Of a stretch of 64,000 nt of DNA, positions 46,578-58,500 are shown piece by piece; the first letter of the stretch is position 1, and every line of letters starts with the position of its first letter. The translations under genes were made by a program, and so were the position numbers. The notes under the pieces were generated by a model. The model searched no databases and was not told the DNA's origin. It saw nothing but the letters and a program-made list of their open reading frames with translations. Location of the stretch: contig JAFWDJ010000022.1 in NCBI GenBank assembly GCA_017513095.1, forward strand, positions 44,755 through 108,754. The letters run 5' to 3'. The DNA comes from Clostridia bacterium. GTDB lineage: Bacteria; Bacillota; Clostridia; Oscillospirales; RGIG577.

Positions 46578-47264
46578 ATGCCGATCAAGGTTTTAGTAAT
46601 AGACGACGACGTAAATATATGCGAGCTTTTGAGGCTCTATCTTGAAAAAGAGGGCTACAGCGTAAAGATGGGACACGACGGCGAGGAGGCCGTGGCGCTT
46701 TTTGAGTCGTTTCATCCCGATCTTATGATCCTCGACATAATGCTTCCCAAAACGGACGGACTGAGCGTTTTGAAGGAGCTTAGAAAAAAGCACAACGTTC
46801 CCGTTATAATGCTCACCGCGAAGGGCGAGACGTTCGACAAGATCATAGCGCTCGAGCTGGGCGCCGACGACTACGTCGTAAAGCCGTTCGACGCGAAGGA
46901 GGTCATGGCGAGAGTCAAGGCGGTGCTGCGCCGTTTCAGGGGCGATTCCGACGAGCAGAAGGCCGTTTCGTTCGATAAGCTCTACATAAACATCGCAAAT
47001 TACGAGCTTAAAATAAACGACAAAAAGACCGACGTGCCGCCCAAGGAGCTTGAGCTTTTATATCATCTCGCGTCGAACCCGAACCGCGTGTTCACGCGCG
47101 ATCAGCTTCTCGACGCGGTGTGGGGCTTTGAATACTTCGGCGACAGCCGCACGGTCGACGTCCACGTAAAGAGGCTTCGCGACAAGCTCGAGGGCGTAAG
47201 CGACAAGTGGCGTCTTAAAACTGTCTGGGGAGTGGGATATAAATTTGAAGTCGACTCGGATTAA
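46578..47264 (+). CDS. OmpR/PhoB-family response regulator
   Basis: The ATG at 46578 follows AAAGGAGG. The receiver has VLVIDDD, ILDIMLP and LTAK. A winged-helix output domain follows. Confidence 0.92.
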   Translation: MPIKVLVIDDDVNICELLRLYLEKEGYSVKMGHDGEEAVALFESFHPDLMILDIMLPKTDGLSVLKELRKKHNVPVIMLTAKGETFDKIIALELGADDYVVKPFDAKEVMARVKAVLRRFRGDSDEQKAVSFDKLYINIANYELKINDKKTDVPPKELELLYHLASNPNRVFTRDQLLDAVWGFEYFGDSRTVDVHVKRLRDKLEGVSDKWRLKTVWGVGYKFEVDSD

Positions 47265-48744
47265 ACCGCCCGAAACGGAATACGGATACAACAAGTCGGC
47301 GGGCGAACGCGGCTCGGGGAGCCTTTATCTTCGGCTGTTCTTCTCCACGGTAATAATACTTATCGTGTGCCTTGTGGCGTTCGGCGCGATACTTTTCAAT
47401 ATGCTCTCAAGCTACGTTGAAACGGAGAAGCAAAATCAGCTCTCCTCCGCGGCGGCGAAGGTGAGCGACATGACCACGGTGCTTATGGACAATTATTCGC
47501 CCTCGGCGGAGTATTCATACGTCACCTTCCTCAATATATTCAACGAGAGCTTCAACGCCGACACAATAGTTACGGACGAGGACGGAAACATCCTCTACGC
47601 GGCGTACAAGGGCAGCGCCCCGATTTCGGGTACCGTCGTGCCGAAGGAATATATGGAAACGATACTTTCGGGCGAGACGTTCACCGAGAGCGCGGGCGAC
47701 GCGGGCTTCTATCCGAAGAACGCCTACGTCGTGGGCGTTCCCGTCTACGGCTCGAACTCGAAGATCGTGGGCGCGGTCTTCGTCTCGACCGTCGATCCGC
47801 TCAATTACTTTATAAACAACATAAAGGGCTATTACATCATCGCGGTGCTTATAATTCTCATACTGTGCTGTATCGCAACGTACATAATGTCGCTGCGCAT
47901 GATAAAGCCCCTGCAGCGCATGAGCGGCGCGGTAAGGCAGTTCGCGAAGGGCAACTTCGACGTTTACGTGCCCGTAACGAGCAACGACGAGATAGGCGAC
48001 CTTGCGATGGCGTTCAACAATATGGCGGCGTCGCTTCGAAACATCGACAAGATGCGAAACGACTTCATCGCGAACGTGTCGCACGACCTAAGAACGCCGA
48101 TGACGGTCATCGCCGGATTTATCGACGGCATCCTCGACAACACGATAAAGCCCGAGGAGCACAGAAAGTATCTCATCATCGTGCGAAACGAGGTACTGCG
48201 CCTGTCGCGCCTCGTTAAGAACCTTCTTGACATTGCGAAGATTGAGGCGGGGGAGCTTAAGCTCAATTTAGTGGACTTCAACATCTGCGAGATGATGTCG
48301 AATATACTTTTGAGCTTCGAGGCGGCCATATCGAGCAAGGAAATTGAAGTGGACGTCGATTTTCTGTCCCCGACTATAAACGTAACGGCGGACTACGACT
48401 CCATATTCCAGGTAATATACAATCTCTGCGACAACGCTGTAAAGTTCACAAATCAGGGCGGAAGCCTCAAGATAATGATAATGGAGCAGGGCAAAAAGGC
48501 GCATATTTCGGTGAAGAATTCGGGCGAGGGCATAACGCCCGACGAGCTTCCGCGCCTTTTCGAGAAGTTCTACAAGTCCGACCGCTCGCGAAGCCTCGAT
48601 AAGCGCGGCACGGGTCTGGGGCTTTACATCTGCAAGACGATAATAAACCGCCACGGCGAGGACATAACGGTAAAAAGCGTCGTGGGCGAATATACGGAAT
48701 TCGCCTTCGATCTGCCGCTCGCCGCTCCGAAAAAGAAGGCGTAA
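47245..48744 (+). CDS. sensor histidine kinase (2 TM, HAMP, HisKA, HATPase_c)
   Basis: 499 aa. H-box SHDLRTP, N-box DNAVKFT, G-box GTGLGL. A TTG start overlaps the end of the RR gene. Confidence 0.9.
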   Translation: MKSTRIKPPETEYGYNKSAGERGSGSLYLRLFFSTVIILIVCLVAFGAILFNMLSSYVETEKQNQLSSAAAKVSDMTTVLMDNYSPSAEYSYVTFLNIFNESFNADTIVTDEDGNILYAAYKGSAPISGTVVPKEYMETILSGETFTESAGDAGFYPKNAYVVGVPVYGSNSKIVGAVFVSTVDPLNYFINNIKGYYIIAVLIILILCCIATYIMSLRMIKPLQRMSGAVRQFAKGNFDVYVPVTSNDEIGDLAMAFNNMAASLRNIDKMRNDFIANVSHDLRTPMTVIAGFIDGILDNTIKPEEHRKYLIIVRNEVLRLSRLVKNLLDIAKIEAGELKLNLVDFNICEMMSNILLSFEAAISSKEIEVDVDFLSPTINVTADYDSIFQVIYNLCDNAVKFTNQGGSLKIMIMEQGKKAHISVKNSGEGITPDELPRLFEKFYKSDRSRSLDKRGTGLGLYICKTIINRHGEDITVKSVVGEYTEFAFDLPLAAPKKKA

Positions 48745-48780
48745 GCGCACCCGCGAAAAAAGAATACGCACAGCAAAAGA

Positions 48781-48806
48781 GAACGGACTATTATCCGTTC
48801 TTTTTT
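48781..48806 (+). terminator. rho-independent terminator
   Basis: Stem GAACGGA/TCCGTTC with a 6-nt loop, then TTTTTT. Confidence 0.7.
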
Positions 48807-48891
48807 GCATAAAATCCGCCTCACGGGGCAAAAGTATATATTATCGGAGGTGGGACGTGTGCAAAAAAGCCGAAAAAAGCCGGGAGGCAAT

Positions 48892-50031
48892 ATGCGCCGC
48901 GCGCTTTTTGCGGCCGCGGCGGCGGCCGTTTTCGCCGCGCTGTCGCTCGGGGCGTATTTTGCCCTTTCGGGATTTTGGCGCACGGCGCCGGCGCAGGACG
49001 CCGAAACGAGCGAAGCGGCATTTCAAAGCGAAGCAAAATACGAGGCCGAAACGGATGCCGTGCCTTTGGAGGACGAGAGCACCTATCCGGTGATCGCGGC
49101 GGCCGCGGACGAAGGCGCGCTTTCGATAAAGGATATAATACGCAAAAACAAGCCCGCCGTGGTCGGCGTCGTATCGAGCCTTTACCGCGGCACGACGCTC
49201 GTCGGGAAGAACACGGGCACGGGCATAATAATGACGCCCGACGGATATATCGTTACTAACGCGCACGTCGTCGAGGACTCGTTCGACCCGTCCGTCGTGC
49301 TCTATGACGGGCGCGAATTTACGGCAAGCGTCGTGGGACGCGACGCGCGAAGCGACCTTGCGGTGCTGAAAATAGAGGCCGGGGCGCTGCCGTGCGCCGA
49401 GTTCGGCAATTCCGACACGGTGGAGGAGGGCGACCTCGCCGTGGCGATAGGAAACCCGATGGGGCTTGAGCTTTCGGGCACGGTCACGGCGGGCATTATC
49501 TCCGCCGTGAACCGCGATCTTACGATAAACGACAGGATAATGACGCTGATACAGACGGACGCGTCGATAAATCCCGGAAACTCCGGCGGCCCGCTCATAA
49601 ACCAATACGGAAAGGTGATAGGCATAAACTCCGTAAAGGTCGCCTCGTCAGATACGGAGGGGCTGGGATTCGCAATCCCGATAAACACGGCAAAGCCGAT
49701 AATAGACGACCTTATAGATACGGGATACGTAAAGAACAGGCCCGTCATAGGCATATCGGGGCACGACATATCAAAGAGCGCGGCCGATTTTTACGGTATG
49801 CCGCAGGGCGTCTACGTCGATTACGTGAGCCCGAGCGGATACGCGCTCGAGGCAGGCTTAAAGGAGGGCGACGTTATAACGGCCATAAACGGCAAGGCCG
49901 TTTATGGCATGTCGGAGCTCAATTTCGAGAAGGAGCGGTTCAGGGCGGGCGACGAGGTGACGATAGACGTATGGCGCGCGGGGATCACGATAAAAATAAG
50001 CGTAAGACTTGCGATGGAGCAGAACGGATAA
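48892..50031 (+). CDS. HtrA/DegP-family serine protease with PDZ domain
   Basis: N-terminal anchor MRRALFAAAAAAVFAAL. Catalytic residues are in TNAHVV, DLAVLK and GNSGGPL, and a C-terminal PDZ domain follows. An alternative GTG start at 48859 follows GGAGG. Confidence 0.9.
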   Translation: MRRALFAAAAAAVFAALSLGAYFALSGFWRTAPAQDAETSEAAFQSEAKYEAETDAVPLEDESTYPVIAAAADEGALSIKDIIRKNKPAVVGVVSSLYRGTTLVGKNTGTGIIMTPDGYIVTNAHVVEDSFDPSVVLYDGREFTASVVGRDARSDLAVLKIEAGALPCAEFGNSDTVEEGDLAVAIGNPMGLELSGTVTAGIISAVNRDLTINDRIMTLIQTDASINPGNSGGPLINQYGKVIGINSVKVASSDTEGLGFAIPINTAKPIIDDLIDTGYVKNRPVIGISGHDISKSAADFYGMPQGVYVDYVSPSGYALEAGLKEGDVITAINGKAVYGMSELNFEKERFRAGDEVTIDVWRAGITIKISVRLAMEQNG

Positions 50032-50035
50032 GCAC

Positions 50036-50068
50036 AAAAACGAGGGTGAAAAACCCTCGTTTTTGTTT
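50036..50068 (+). terminator. rho-independent terminator
   Basis: Stem ACGAGGGT/ACCCTCGT with a 5-nt loop, flanked by AAAAA and TTTT. Confidence 0.8.
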
Positions 50069-50209
50069 GTGTGAAATCCCGAAACTACGTTTTATTTTTA
50101 ACTATTTTACCGAAAAGGGGGCCAAAAACAGTCCCCCAATGCAAAAAAACATACAAAACAGACAAACAAACGCCCTCGATGAAAAACAAAAATACTGCAT
50201 ATTGATTAA

Positions 50210-50238
50210 TTGAATTTATTCCCGAAAAATGATACAAT
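50210..50238 (+). promoter_or_regulatory. sigma-70-type promoter for the rnf operon
   Basis: TTGAAT, a 17-nt spacer ending in TGA, then TACAAT. Confidence 0.5.
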
Positions 50239-50303
50239 TTTATAGGTTAAATTAAGATGCGATACGTATCAGTGTTAAAGTTTAGGTTAAGAGGTGATTT
50301 GCA

Positions 50304-51668
50304 TTGAAAAAAACCTTTAAGGGTGGCGCTCATCCTCACGATTTCAAGGAATTGTCGAAGGACAAGTCAATCGTGACAATCGACGCGCCTGATAAGGTGA
50401 TTATCCCGCTGTCTCAGCACATCGGCGCACCGTGCGAGCCGCTTGTGGCGGTGGGGGACCATGTAAAAATGGGACAGAAGATCGGCGATTCAAAGGCCTT
50501 TATTTCATCTCCGGTGCATTCGAGCGTTTCGGGTACCGTCGTTGATATAAAGCCGTGTCCCAATCCGAGAGGCGTTGAGGTCATGTCGGTAATTATCGAG
50601 AACGACCATCAGGACGAGCCGGTCGAGGATTTTTCGTTCAACGACAGGCTTTCGGACATAACCCGCGACGAGCTCGTTTCGCTTATCCGCGAGGCCGGCA
50701 TAGTCGGCATGGGCGGCGCGGGCTTCCCGACTGCGGCAAAGATTATCTCCTGCGCGGAGACGAAGATCGATTACGTAATCATAAACGCGGCAGAGTGCGA
50801 GCCGTATCTTACGAACGACTACCGCCTTATGATGGAGTATCCCAATGAGATAATCGACGGACTTACCGCCATAACGAAGATATTTGACTCGAAGATATAC
50901 TTCGCCGTGGAGGACAATAAGCCCGACGTTATCGACAGATATCAGGACATGGTCAAGAACCGCAGCGATATCGAGATAGTGCCGCTTAAAACTAAGTATC
51001 CGCAGGGCGGCGAGAAGCAGCTCGTTTACGCCGTATCGGGACGCGTTATCCCGACGGGCAAGCTGCCCAGCGAGGTAGGCGCGATAATCATGAACGCGGG
51101 CACGGTATACGCGATCTATGAGATGATCCAGAGAAGGAAGCCGCTCTTCGAGCGCGTAGTTACCATAACGGGCGACGCCGTATTCTCGACCGGCAACTTC
51201 AGGGTAAGAGTCGGCTCCACCTTCGATTACGTGCTTGAAAAGGTCGGCGGCTTTAAGGAAGAGCCCGCGAAGGTAATAATGGGCGGCCCCATGATGGGCA
51301 TAACCCAGTACCGCACGGACGTGCCGGTCGTAAAGACAACGTCGGGCATACTCTGCCTTACCGAAAAGAGCGTTGACCGGCCCAAGCGCACATACTGCAT
51401 AAGATGCGGCAAGTGCATAGCCGCATGTCCGATGAATCTTCTTCCCGCGATGCTTTCGATGTACGCCGAAAAGAAGGAGTACGACAAGCTTGAAAAGTTT
51501 GACGTAATGTCCTGCATCGAATGCGGAACGTGCAGCTTTACCTGCCCGGGCAAGAAGTATCTCGTACAGAACATACGCGACGCGAAGGCGAAAGTTGGGG
51601 AAATACGCCGCCGCCGCGCACAGGAAGAAAAGGAGAAAAAGGAAGCCGAGGCTAAAAAGGCGTCGTAG
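50304..51668 (+). CDS. rnfC: Rnf electron transport complex subunit C
   Basis: 454 aa. A TTG start follows AAGAGGTG. Contains GMGGAGFPT and two [4Fe-4S] motifs (CIRCGKCIAACP, CIECGTCSFTCP). Confidence 0.93.
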   Translation: MKKTFKGGAHPHDFKELSKDKSIVTIDAPDKVIIPLSQHIGAPCEPLVAVGDHVKMGQKIGDSKAFISSPVHSSVSGTVVDIKPCPNPRGVEVMSVIIENDHQDEPVEDFSFNDRLSDITRDELVSLIREAGIVGMGGAGFPTAAKIISCAETKIDYVIINAAECEPYLTNDYRLMMEYPNEIIDGLTAITKIFDSKIYFAVEDNKPDVIDRYQDMVKNRSDIEIVPLKTKYPQGGEKQLVYAVSGRVIPTGKLPSEVGAIIMNAGTVYAIYEMIQRRKPLFERVVTITGDAVFSTGNFRVRVGSTFDYVLEKVGGFKEEPAKVIMGGPMMGITQYRTDVPVVKTTSGILCLTEKSVDRPKRTYCIRCGKCIAACPMNLLPAMLSMYAEKKEYDKLEKFDVMSCIECGTCSFTCPGKKYLVQNIRDAKAKVGEIRRRRAQEEKEKKEAEAKKAS

Positions 51669-51761
51669 CTTACTCGCAATATCAAAAGCGGCCGCCACGG
51701 CCGTAATATACGAAAGGACGCTTGCCTCTCGTATAAAAAAATCAACAGGAGGCGTGAACAT

Positions 51762-52736
51762 TTGAATACAAGCTATGTCATGTCATCATCGCCGCATATG
51801 AGGTCGGATGAGACCGTAACAAAGATAATGCGCGACGTTATCATCGCGCTTGTGCCCGCCGGCGTGATTGGAGTATACTTCTTCGGTCCGCGCGCGCTCA
51901 TGCACATTATCATAACGGTCGCGGCCTGCATTGCGTCGGAATGGGCATATAATAAGATAACAAAAAAAGGCTACAATACAATAGGCGATCTGTCCGCGGT
52001 AGTCACGGGCATATTGCTTGCGTATAACCTGCCCGTGGCCGCACCGCTCTGGATAGGACTTGTGGGCGGCGCGTTCGCGATAATCGTCGTAAAGCAGTTC
52101 TTCGGCGGTCTGGGACAGAACTTCATGAACCCCGCGCTGGCGGCGCGCGCGTTCTTATTCTCATGGGCGGTAATAATGACTACGTGGACGGCTCCGCACA
52201 CGGTACTGCCGATTTTCGCAACTCCGGCAACGGACGCGATAGCAACGGCAACTCCGCTCGTAGCGCTGAAGGCGGGTCAGATTCCCGACGCGGGACTGTT
52301 TAACCTGTTTATAGGCAACGTGGGAGGATGCATAGGCGAGACGAGCGCGCTCTGTCTTCTCATCGGCGGCGCGTATCTCGTTATAAGAAAGGTCATCTCC
52401 GTTCGCATCCCGCTCGCGTTCATACTTACGGTGGCTGTGCTCACGCTCATATTTGCAAGGGGCAACAACAACCTTGAATTCATGCTCTCGCACATATTGA
52501 GCGGCGGCCTTATGCTCGGCGCCATCTTCATGGCTACCGACTACGCAACTTCTCCCGTAACGAAAAAAGGACAGATAATATTCGGAATAGGCTGCGGCCT
52601 GCTCACGGTATTTATAAGATATTTCGGCTCGTATCCCGAGGGCGTATCGTATTCGATACTCCTCATGAACGCTTGCGTATGGCTCATCGACACCCATACG
52701 AAGCCCAAGGCATTCGGAGAGGGGGCTAAGAAATGA
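51762..52736 (+). CDS. rnfD: Rnf complex subunit D
   Basis: 324 aa polytopic protein with an SSPH motif near the N-terminus. The TTG start lies 9 nt after AGGAGG. Confidence 0.92.
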   Translation: MNTSYVMSSSPHMRSDETVTKIMRDVIIALVPAGVIGVYFFGPRALMHIIITVAACIASEWAYNKITKKGYNTIGDLSAVVTGILLAYNLPVAAPLWIGLVGGAFAIIVVKQFFGGLGQNFMNPALAARAFLFSWAVIMTTWTAPHTVLPIFATPATDAIATATPLVALKAGQIPDAGLFNLFIGNVGGCIGETSALCLLIGGAYLVIRKVISVRIPLAFILTVAVLTLIFARGNNNLEFMLSHILSGGLMLGAIFMATDYATSPVTKKGQIIFGIGCGLLTVFIRYFGSYPEGVSYSILLMNACVWLIDTHTKPKAFGEGAKK

Positions 52737-53335
52737 CGCAGGCAGTTAAAGCAAAGAAGAAGGAACCGAGCATAGCAAAGCTTGGCATAATCCTTTTTAT
52801 AATCACCTTCTGTGTCGCGCTCGTTTTAGGCTTTGTAAACTCCATCACCAAGGATCAGATTGCGTATCAGGCTCAGCTTGAGATACAGAACGCCATCGCG
52901 AGCATCTATCCCGACGCTTCCGAGACGACCGAGCTTGCGGTGCCCGCAGACGTTGACAAAAAGCGCATCTCCTCCGTATACGCCGCTTACGGCGCCGACG
53001 GTGAATTTTTGGGATTCGCCGTAGCATCCTCGCCCAACGGCTTCGGCGGAGCCATCGACCTCATGGTAGGCGTGCTTCCCGACGGCAGCGTAAAGAGCGT
53101 GCGCGTGCTCTCCACCAACTCGGAGACGCCCGGCCTCGGTACGCGGGTCGCAGAGGAAGGCTTCATCACCCAGTACGATAATAAACCGGCTCCCATAGCG
53201 GTAATAAAGAACGGCGAGCCCGGCGATTCGGAAATACTCGCAATTACGGGCGCTACGATTTCGTCCACCGCGGTTACGACGGGCGTAAACTTAGCCGTTG
53301 ACGTTGCAGCCGAGGTTGCTGCACAAATGAATTAG
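52733..53335 (+). CDS. rnfG: Rnf complex subunit G
   Basis: 200 aa with an N-terminal anchor and the FMN-attachment motif TGATISS. Confidence 0.9.
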   Translation: MTQAVKAKKKEPSIAKLGIILFIITFCVALVLGFVNSITKDQIAYQAQLEIQNAIASIYPDASETTELAVPADVDKKRISSVYAAYGADGEFLGFAVASSPNGFGGAIDLMVGVLPDGSVKSVRVLSTNSETPGLGTRVAEEGFITQYDNKPAPIAVIKNGEPGDSEILAITGATISSTAVTTGVNLAVDVAAEVAAQMN

Positions 53336-53351
53336 GAAGGAGGCGCAGGAT

Positions 53352-53978
53352 ATGGCTAAAAATTTCAAAGTCGGCGAGATGTTCAAATCGGGCATACTCA
53401 CTAATAACCCCGTACTCGTACAGACGCTCGGCATGTGCCCCACGCTTGCAACGACCTCGAGCGTGGAAAACGGACTCGGCATGGGCGTTTCGGCCATGGT
53501 CGTGCTCATAGCTTCAAACGTGGTTATCTCCCTTTTGAGAAGGGTGATACCGAAGAAGATAAGAATAGCGGCATATATCGTAATAATCGCGGGATTCGTT
53601 ACGATGATAGACCTGCTTTTAAAGGCGTACGTTCCGGCGCTTTCCAAGTCGCTCGGTCTTTTCATACCGCTTATAGTTGTTAACTGCATAATCCTCGGCC
53701 GTGCGGAAGCGTACGCTTCCAAGAAGACCGTGGGCGCGTCCTTCTTCGACGGCCTCACGATGGGACTCGGATTTACGTTCGCGCTGTTCATCATTGCGAC
53801 GGTGCGCGAGATATTCGGCTCCGGCACGTTCTTAGGCCACGAGGTATTCGGCCCCGCATTCGAGCCCGCCTCGATAATAGGCATGGCTCCCGGCGGATTC
53901 CTGGTGCTCGGAATTATCGTTGCGGTAATCCAGATCATCCAGAGAAAGAAGAAAGAGAAAAAGGAGGGTAACGCATAA
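53352..53978 (+). CDS. rnfE: Rnf complex subunit E
   Basis: 208 aa. Contains [13 protein letters not shown], typical of RnfE/NqrD. Confidence 0.92.
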   Translation: MAKNFKVGEMFKSGILTNNPVLVQTLGMCPTLATTSSVENGLGMGVSAMVVLIASNVVISLLRRVIPKKIRIAAYIVIIAGFVTMIDLLLKAYVPALSKSLGLFIPLIVVNCIILGRAEAYASKKTVGASFFDGLTMGLGFTFALFIIATVREIFGSGTFLGHEVFGPAFEPASIIGMAPGGFLVLGIIVAVIQIIQRKKKEKKEGNA

Positions 53979-54562
53979 TGCTGACTTCATTATTTTCGAT
54001 TGCCCTCGGCGCGGTACTCGTTGAAAACTTTATCTTCAACAAATTCTTAGGCATCTGCCCGTTCTTAGGCGTTTCCAAAAAGGTTGAAACGGCCAGCGGC
54101 ATGGGCATGGCGGTTACCTTCACCATGACGATAGCCTCGGCTATAACGTGGCTTATACAGCATTTCATCCTTGACCGCTTCGGACTCGGATTTATGCAGA
54201 CCGTCGTGTTTATACTCGTAATAGCATCGCTCGTACAGTTCATTGAGATGGCGCTTCAGAAGATGATGCCCGCGCTCTATTCGTCGCTCGGCATTTACCT
54301 GCCGCTCATCACGACGAACTGCGCCGTGCTCGGCGTTGCGCTGCTCAACATCCAGAACGATTACAACTTTATCCAGTCCATCGTATACGGATTCACGGCG
54401 GCGATAGGCTTTACGCTTGCCATCGTGCTGTTTGCATCCGTCCGCGAGAGACTTGAGTATTCCGATATCCCGAAGAGCTTCGAGGGCCTGCCGATAGCGC
54501 TCGTAAGCGCGTCGCTCATGGCTATCGCCTTCATGGGATTCTCGGGCCTCAAGGTTATTTAG
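53978..54562 (+). CDS. rnfA: Rnf complex subunit A
   Basis: 194 aa. Contains [18 protein letters not shown], typical of RnfA/NqrE. Confidence 0.92.
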   Translation: MLTSLFSIALGAVLVENFIFNKFLGICPFLGVSKKVETASGMGMAVTFTMTIASAITWLIQHFILDRFGLGFMQTVVFILVIASLVQFIEMALQKMMPALYSSLGIYLPLITTNCAVLGVALLNIQNDYNFIQSIVYGFTAAIGFTLAIVLFASVRERLEYSDIPKSFEGLPIALVSASLMAIAFMGFSGLKVI

Positions 54563-54574
54563 GAGGCGTGAATT

Positions 54575-55441
54575 ATGAATATTGATTTTATGAGCATCGT
54601 ATACGCCGTTGGAACGCTCGCGATACTCGGCCTTATCTTCGGTATAATACTCGGCATAGCGTCAAAGGCGTTCGCGGTTGAAACGGACGAGCGCATAGGC
54701 GAGATACAGGATACGCTCCCCGGCGCGAACTGCGGCGGCTGCGGCTTTGCGGGCTGCAACGCGCTTGCTACCGCAATCGTCGAGGGCAAGGCGAAGCCCA
54801 ATTCCTGCCCCGTATCGTCCAATGAGACGGCAGACCGCATAGCCGAGATTATGGGCATGGCTCCGGCGTCCGGCGCCGTACGCTACGGCGCGCGCGTCGT
54901 ATGCTCGGGCAAGAGCAACATAGCCGCCCGCATGAAGTACGAATACGACGGCGTTACCGACTGCGTATCGGCAATGAGATTCGGCAACGGCACGAAGTAC
55001 TGCGAATACGGCTGCATAGGACTCGGCACCTGCGTGAAGGTGTGCAAGTTCGGCGCGATAAAGATAGACGACGGCGTGGCCGTTGTCGATAAGGAAAAGT
55101 GTGTGGCCTGCGGCATGTGCCGCGACGCCTGCCCGAAGAAGATAATTGAGATGGTGCCCTACGACAGCAGCATATTCGTAATGTGCCACTCGCACGACAA
55201 GGGCGCGGCGATGAAGGAAAAGTGCACGGCCGGCTGCATCGGCTGCCGCATGTGCACGAAGGTATGCGAGTCGGGCGCGATAACCGTTACCGACAACCTT
55301 GCCAAGATCGATTACTCGAAGTGCACCGAATGCGGCAAGTGCGTTGAAAAGTGCCCGAAGAAGATAATAAAGATAGACAAAAACAAGGCGATATTCTTCG
55401 ATAAGGAGAACGAGCCCGTTTCGGTCACCCCGAAGCAGTAA
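54575..55441 (+). CDS. rnfB: Rnf complex subunit B
   Basis: 288 aa with an N-terminal TM, a CGGCGFAGC cluster and several ferredoxin CxxCxxCxxxCP motifs. Confidence 0.92.
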   Translation: MNIDFMSIVYAVGTLAILGLIFGIILGIASKAFAVETDERIGEIQDTLPGANCGGCGFAGCNALATAIVEGKAKPNSCPVSSNETADRIAEIMGMAPASGAVRYGARVVCSGKSNIAARMKYEYDGVTDCVSAMRFGNGTKYCEYGCIGLGTCVKVCKFGAIKIDDGVAVVDKEKCVACGMCRDACPKKIIEMVPYDSSIFVMCHSHDKGAAMKEKCTAGCIGCRMCTKVCESGAITVTDNLAKIDYSKCTECGKCVEKCPKKIIKIDKNKAIFFDKENEPVSVTPKQ

Positions 55442-55451
55442 GGAAAGCCCG

Positions 55452-55486
55452 AAAGCGGCGGCGCAATTTTGCGCCGCCGCTTTTTT
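55452..55486 (+). terminator. rho-independent terminator after the rnf operon
   Basis: 10-bp GC stem GCGGCGGCGC/GCGCCGCCGC with a 6-nt loop, then TTTTTT. Confidence 0.85.
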
Positions 55487-55548
55487 GCATATTCTTTCTC
55501 ATCCTGCGAAAAATAATCCCGAAACACTTATCTGAAACGGAGAAGAAT

Positions 55549-58500
55549 ATGTTTGCGAGAGGTTTTGTTTGGGACGATGCGGCGGCTGAGTTTTTAATAA
55601 GGGAACGAACGGTCTCGTGCCGCGCGGCGTGCCGCCTTGCGAAAATGTCGCTTGCGGCGCTGCGCGAAGCGGCGGACTGCGGCACGCGGCCCGAGAGCGA
55701 GAGCCGCGCGTGGCTTTACGACAACATCGAAATGATAGCCGAAAGCGTTGAAGGCGCGCTGAAGACGGCCGCGTCGCTCGGGAAAATGCGCTCGGTGAAG
55801 GCGGCGGGCGGAAGGTACCCCGTTTCATTTGTGCTGTCGTATAAATATCTTTCGGAGAACGAAAACCTCATAGAGAAGGCGGGGCTTTCTGCGTATTTGA
55901 AGGCGGCGGCGCGCGAATACGAGCTTAAAAGCGGCGAAATAGGCTGCTTTGATACGATGCTCGTGCTTTCACTGGCCGTGAGGATGGCGCGCGAAGGCGA
56001 AAAGAGCGTCCTTCGCGTAAAAAACGCCGTAACGTCGCTTGCCGCGCTTTCCTCGACGGACTTTTCCGACGTATTTTTCGCGGCGAGTCCCGTTGAGGAA
56101 ATACTGTCGCGCGATCCCGCGGGCATATACGCCCGCATGGACAAAAAGACGCGCCTTTATTATCACAGCCGGGCGGAAAAGCTTTCCCGCATAAAAAGAA
56201 TAAGCGAACGCGAGGCCGCCCTGCTTTCGATTGAGGCCGCAGAGAATGAAACGGACGAACGAAAGCGCCACGTCGGCTTTTTTCTTTCAGAGGGAGCGCC
56301 CGGGCTTAACAGGGAGCGCGAGGACGCCGCTTCGGCGCACGTTTTTTATATCGCGTCGCTTACCGTTATAGGCGCGTTCTTCGCGGCTTTCTTTACGGGC
56401 GGCGCACTGCCCGCGATTTTTTCTTCGATTTTTCTTTTCGAGATACTTAAAAAAATAATAACGCGCCTCGGTCTTTCGCAGACTGCGCCGTCCGCGGTGC
56501 TGCGCATGGATTTTACCCGCGGGGTGCCCGACTCGCACCGCACGCTCGTCGTAATATCCGCGCTTCTCGATTCGCGCGCCTGTGTCGAGCGCTTTTCGTC
56601 TCTTTTGGAGGAATATTATCTTTCAAACCGCGACGACAACATATCCTTCGGCATCTTGGGCGACCTTCGCGACACCAAAAAGCCCGACGAAAAGGCCGAC
56701 GGCGAGCTTGTTTCGTATGCGCGTGAGGCGATAGCGCGTCTCAACGAAAAATACGCGCCGTCGCCCTTCTGTCTCTTCGTGCGCCGCCGTATCTACAATG
56801 AAAAGCACGGAAGGTATATGTCCTACGAGCGAAAGCGCGGCGCGCTTTTGGAGCTTTCGCGCCTCATCGACACGGGAGAGCGCGGCACATTCTGTGATAT
56901 CGTCTGCGCGCGCGCCCCGTCGTCGTTTGAACACGTCGTAACGCTCGATTTCGACACGCGCCCCGCGCCGTATTCCGTAATCCGCCTCATCGAGGCGGCG
57001 GCGCATCCCGTAAACGTGCCGAGGATATCGAAGGACGGCGCGCGCGTCGACTCGGGATACGGCATACTGCAGCCGAGAATTACGCCCGAGCTTACGGGCG
57101 CGGACGCGCCGCTCTTTCTTCGCGTCATTTCGGGCGCGGGCGGAGTATCGGCTTATTTAAACCTTTCGGGCGACAAATATCAGGACTTTTTCGGCGACGG
57201 TACGTATATCGGCAAGGGCCTTTTTTCACCGCGCATTTTTTCGCGCGTGCTCGGCGGCGCGATTGCCGACAACGCCGTTTTAAGCCACGATTTGCTCGAA
57301 GGGACGTACGTGCGCGTGCGTTTCGTGTCGGACGTTGAATGGACGGACAGTGAGCCGCCGACGTTCCGCGCGTTTTTTACGCGTCAGGCGCGCTGGACGC
57401 GCGGCGATTTTCAGCTTCTGCCGTGGCTTTTCTTCAGAGTGAGAGACCGCGCGGGGAAAAGAGTCAGAAACCCGATAGGGTGGCTTGGGCGCGTAAAAAT
57501 CGCGGAAACGCTCTTTCGTGCGCTCGTGCCCGCCTTTATGACGTTTACCGCGGCGGCGAGTGCCGTTGCCGCGCCGTCGTTTGGATATTTTCCGTTCGTC
57601 ATGATGATTGTAAATCTCCTTCTGCCGACGGCGGGAAGCGCCCTCTCACGTTTGCGCGGGCCGCGCAGGGCGCGCACGGTCTCGCAGGTGTTGAGCCCGA
57701 CGGCGGGAAGCCTTATCCGGGCGGCCGTGTCGTTTTCCATACTGCCGTTCGAGGCGGCGCAAAACGTCGGCTGCGCGCTTAAGAGCATATGGCGCATGGC
57801 GGTGACAAAGAAAAATCTTTTGGACTGGACGAGCGCGCAGTTTTTCGAAGCGTCCGGCGAGAGCGCGGGCGCGTATTACAGGTATATGTTCGCCTGTCCG
57901 CTTTTTTCGGCCGTACTTTTGTTCTTTTCACAAAACCCGCTCGCCGTGACGCTCGCCGCAATCTTCGCCGCGTCGCCCGCCGCCGCGTTTCTTTTAAGCC
58001 GAAGGCCGAAGCCGAAAGGCGGGCTTTCGAAGGAAGAAAGGGACGAGCTTTCGGCGCACGCGCGTCTTATGTGGGGGTATTTTAAGGATATGCTTACTGC
58101 GGGCGACAACTACCTTATTCCCGACAATTTTCAGACGGAGCCGTACAACGGCGCGGCGCACCGCACGTCGCCCACGAATATAGGGCTTTCGCTTCTTTGT
58201 ATGCTTGCGGCGTATGATTTTTCTCTAATCGAAAAAAAGGAGCTCTTTTCCTGCGTCGAAAATACGCTGAACACAGTTGAAAAGCTTGAAAAATACAGGG
58301 GACATCTCTATAACTGGTACGACACCGAGACGCTTTCGGTGCTTTCGCCGCGCTACGTGTCCACGGTGGACAGCGGAAACTTCACAGGCTGCCTTATCGC
58401 GCTTCGTGAAGGTCTCAGGGCGCTCGGCGCACCCGACGAGCTTACGGAAAGAATGTGGCGCCTTATCGACGGCACGGACTTTGCCGCGCTTTACTCGGAC